A stretch of 64,000 nucleotides of DNA. Source: an uncultured Actinomycetota bacterium. Its GTDB lineage: Bacteria > Actinomycetota > UBA4738 > HRBIN12. Position numbers and translations under genes: made by a program. Positions 63,945 through 64,000 of this stretch are shown piece after piece. Location: the NCBI GenBank assembly GCA_963711655.1, contig CAVQEW010000015.1, positions 241,050 through 305,049 on the forward strand. The letters run 5' to 3'. The notes under the pieces are model-generated. The model was given only the letters and a program-made list of their open reading frames with translations, was not told where the DNA came from and did not search any database. The stretch's first letter is position 1. Every line of letters begins with the position of its first letter.

Positions 63945-64000
63945 GCGAAACGCCTCGTCCTCGTCTCGCGAGGACGAGGCGCGAGCCCCGCGGTACCACC
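63945..64000 (-). promoter_or_regulatory. 3' part of a T-box leader (T-box sequence plus terminator/sequestrator hairpin) upstream of ileS; truncated by the window edge
   Basis: The minus strand reads GGTGGTACCGCGG (64000..63988), the conserved T-box core (A)GGGUGGUACCGCG. A perfect 13-bp hairpin CGCCTCGTCCTCG-cgaga-CGAGGACGAGGCG (63981..63951) and TTTCGCG follow. The 3' arm carries GAGG, which could serve as the SD for GTG 63944. Confidence 0.75.

Noticed and set aside
1-64000. Programmed ribosomal frameshifting, or real pseudogenisation, as the explanation for the frame breaks.
   Set aside because: There are no slippery heptamers or stimulatory structures at the junctions. The breaks fall at arbitrary sites in many unrelated genes, including several essential ones. 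Technical indels are the simpler explanation, though this is not proven from sequence alone.
1-64000. tRNA, rRNA, tmRNA, CRISPR, transposase, integrase and prophage genes.
   Set aside because: I looked for tRNA T-arm motifs (GGTTCGAATCC-like), rRNA-like low-coding stretches, regular repeat-spacer arrays, and DDE or tyrosine-recombinase text in the ORF track. None was found.

Overview
This is a very GC-rich, Actinobacteria-like chromosomal segment. I found no rRNA, tRNA, CRISPR, transposase, integrase or phage genes. All calls come from reading the ORF track and my own hand translations; no searches were run, and family names rest on remembered motifs.

Gene content, left to right:
- 1-18.5 kb, housekeeping and metabolic genes: an MFS transporter fused to a cNMP-binding domain, a COG2403-like protein with carbamate kinase, two tandem phosphofructokinases (ATP-type and PPi-type signatures), threonine aldolase, and a molybdoenzyme. 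A minus-strand block follows: PASTA Ser/Thr kinase, endonuclease IV, CBS protein, Fpg/Nei. Then a TPP-riboswitch operon: thiE, an AIR-synthase-like gene, a PfkB kinase and psuG.
- 18.5-27.6 kb, an envelope-glycan-type operon built around an SQD1-like UDP-sulfoquinovose synthase.
- 27.6-36 kb, a DNA-damage neighbourhood with two LexA-type SOS boxes, a small ImuB-C-terminus-like ORF, and dnaE2-dinB. An ECF42-type sigma/DGPF module and rocD sit in between.
- 37-41.4 kb, the MoxR-DUF58-transglutaminase triad.
- 42.3-60.7 kb, a complete dcw cluster: mraZ-rsmH-ftsL-ftsI-murE-murF-mraY-murD-ftsW-murG-murC-murB-ftsQ-ftsZ, then yggS-sepF-yggT-divIVA.
- 60.7-64 kb, a convergent ileS with a T-box leader cut by the window edge.

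Main technical observation: about 30 single-base indels, mostly apparent +1 insertions, break reading frames. The affected genes include essential ones (murE, murF, mraY, murD, ftsW, ileS). These breaks create the giant chimeric ORFs in the track. I read them as consensus or assembly errors rather than real pseudogenes, but I label the affected genes as pseudogenes 'as sequenced'.

Most interesting biology:
1. The sulfoquinovose synthase operon has a polyprenyl-phosphate-type GT2, a polytopic membrane protein, an AT3-SGNH acyltransferase and a cysteine-desulfurase-like enzyme, but no SqdX/SQD2-type lipid glycosyltransferase.
2. An SOS-box-controlled mini-protein resembling the ImuB C-terminal region lies near an SOS-box-controlled dnaE2 that is paired with a catalytically intact dinB. 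No imuA/imuB is visible.
3. There are small unannotated elements around mraZ: GTGG operator-like repeats, a 37-aa membrane ORF and GGCCAGAG repeats.
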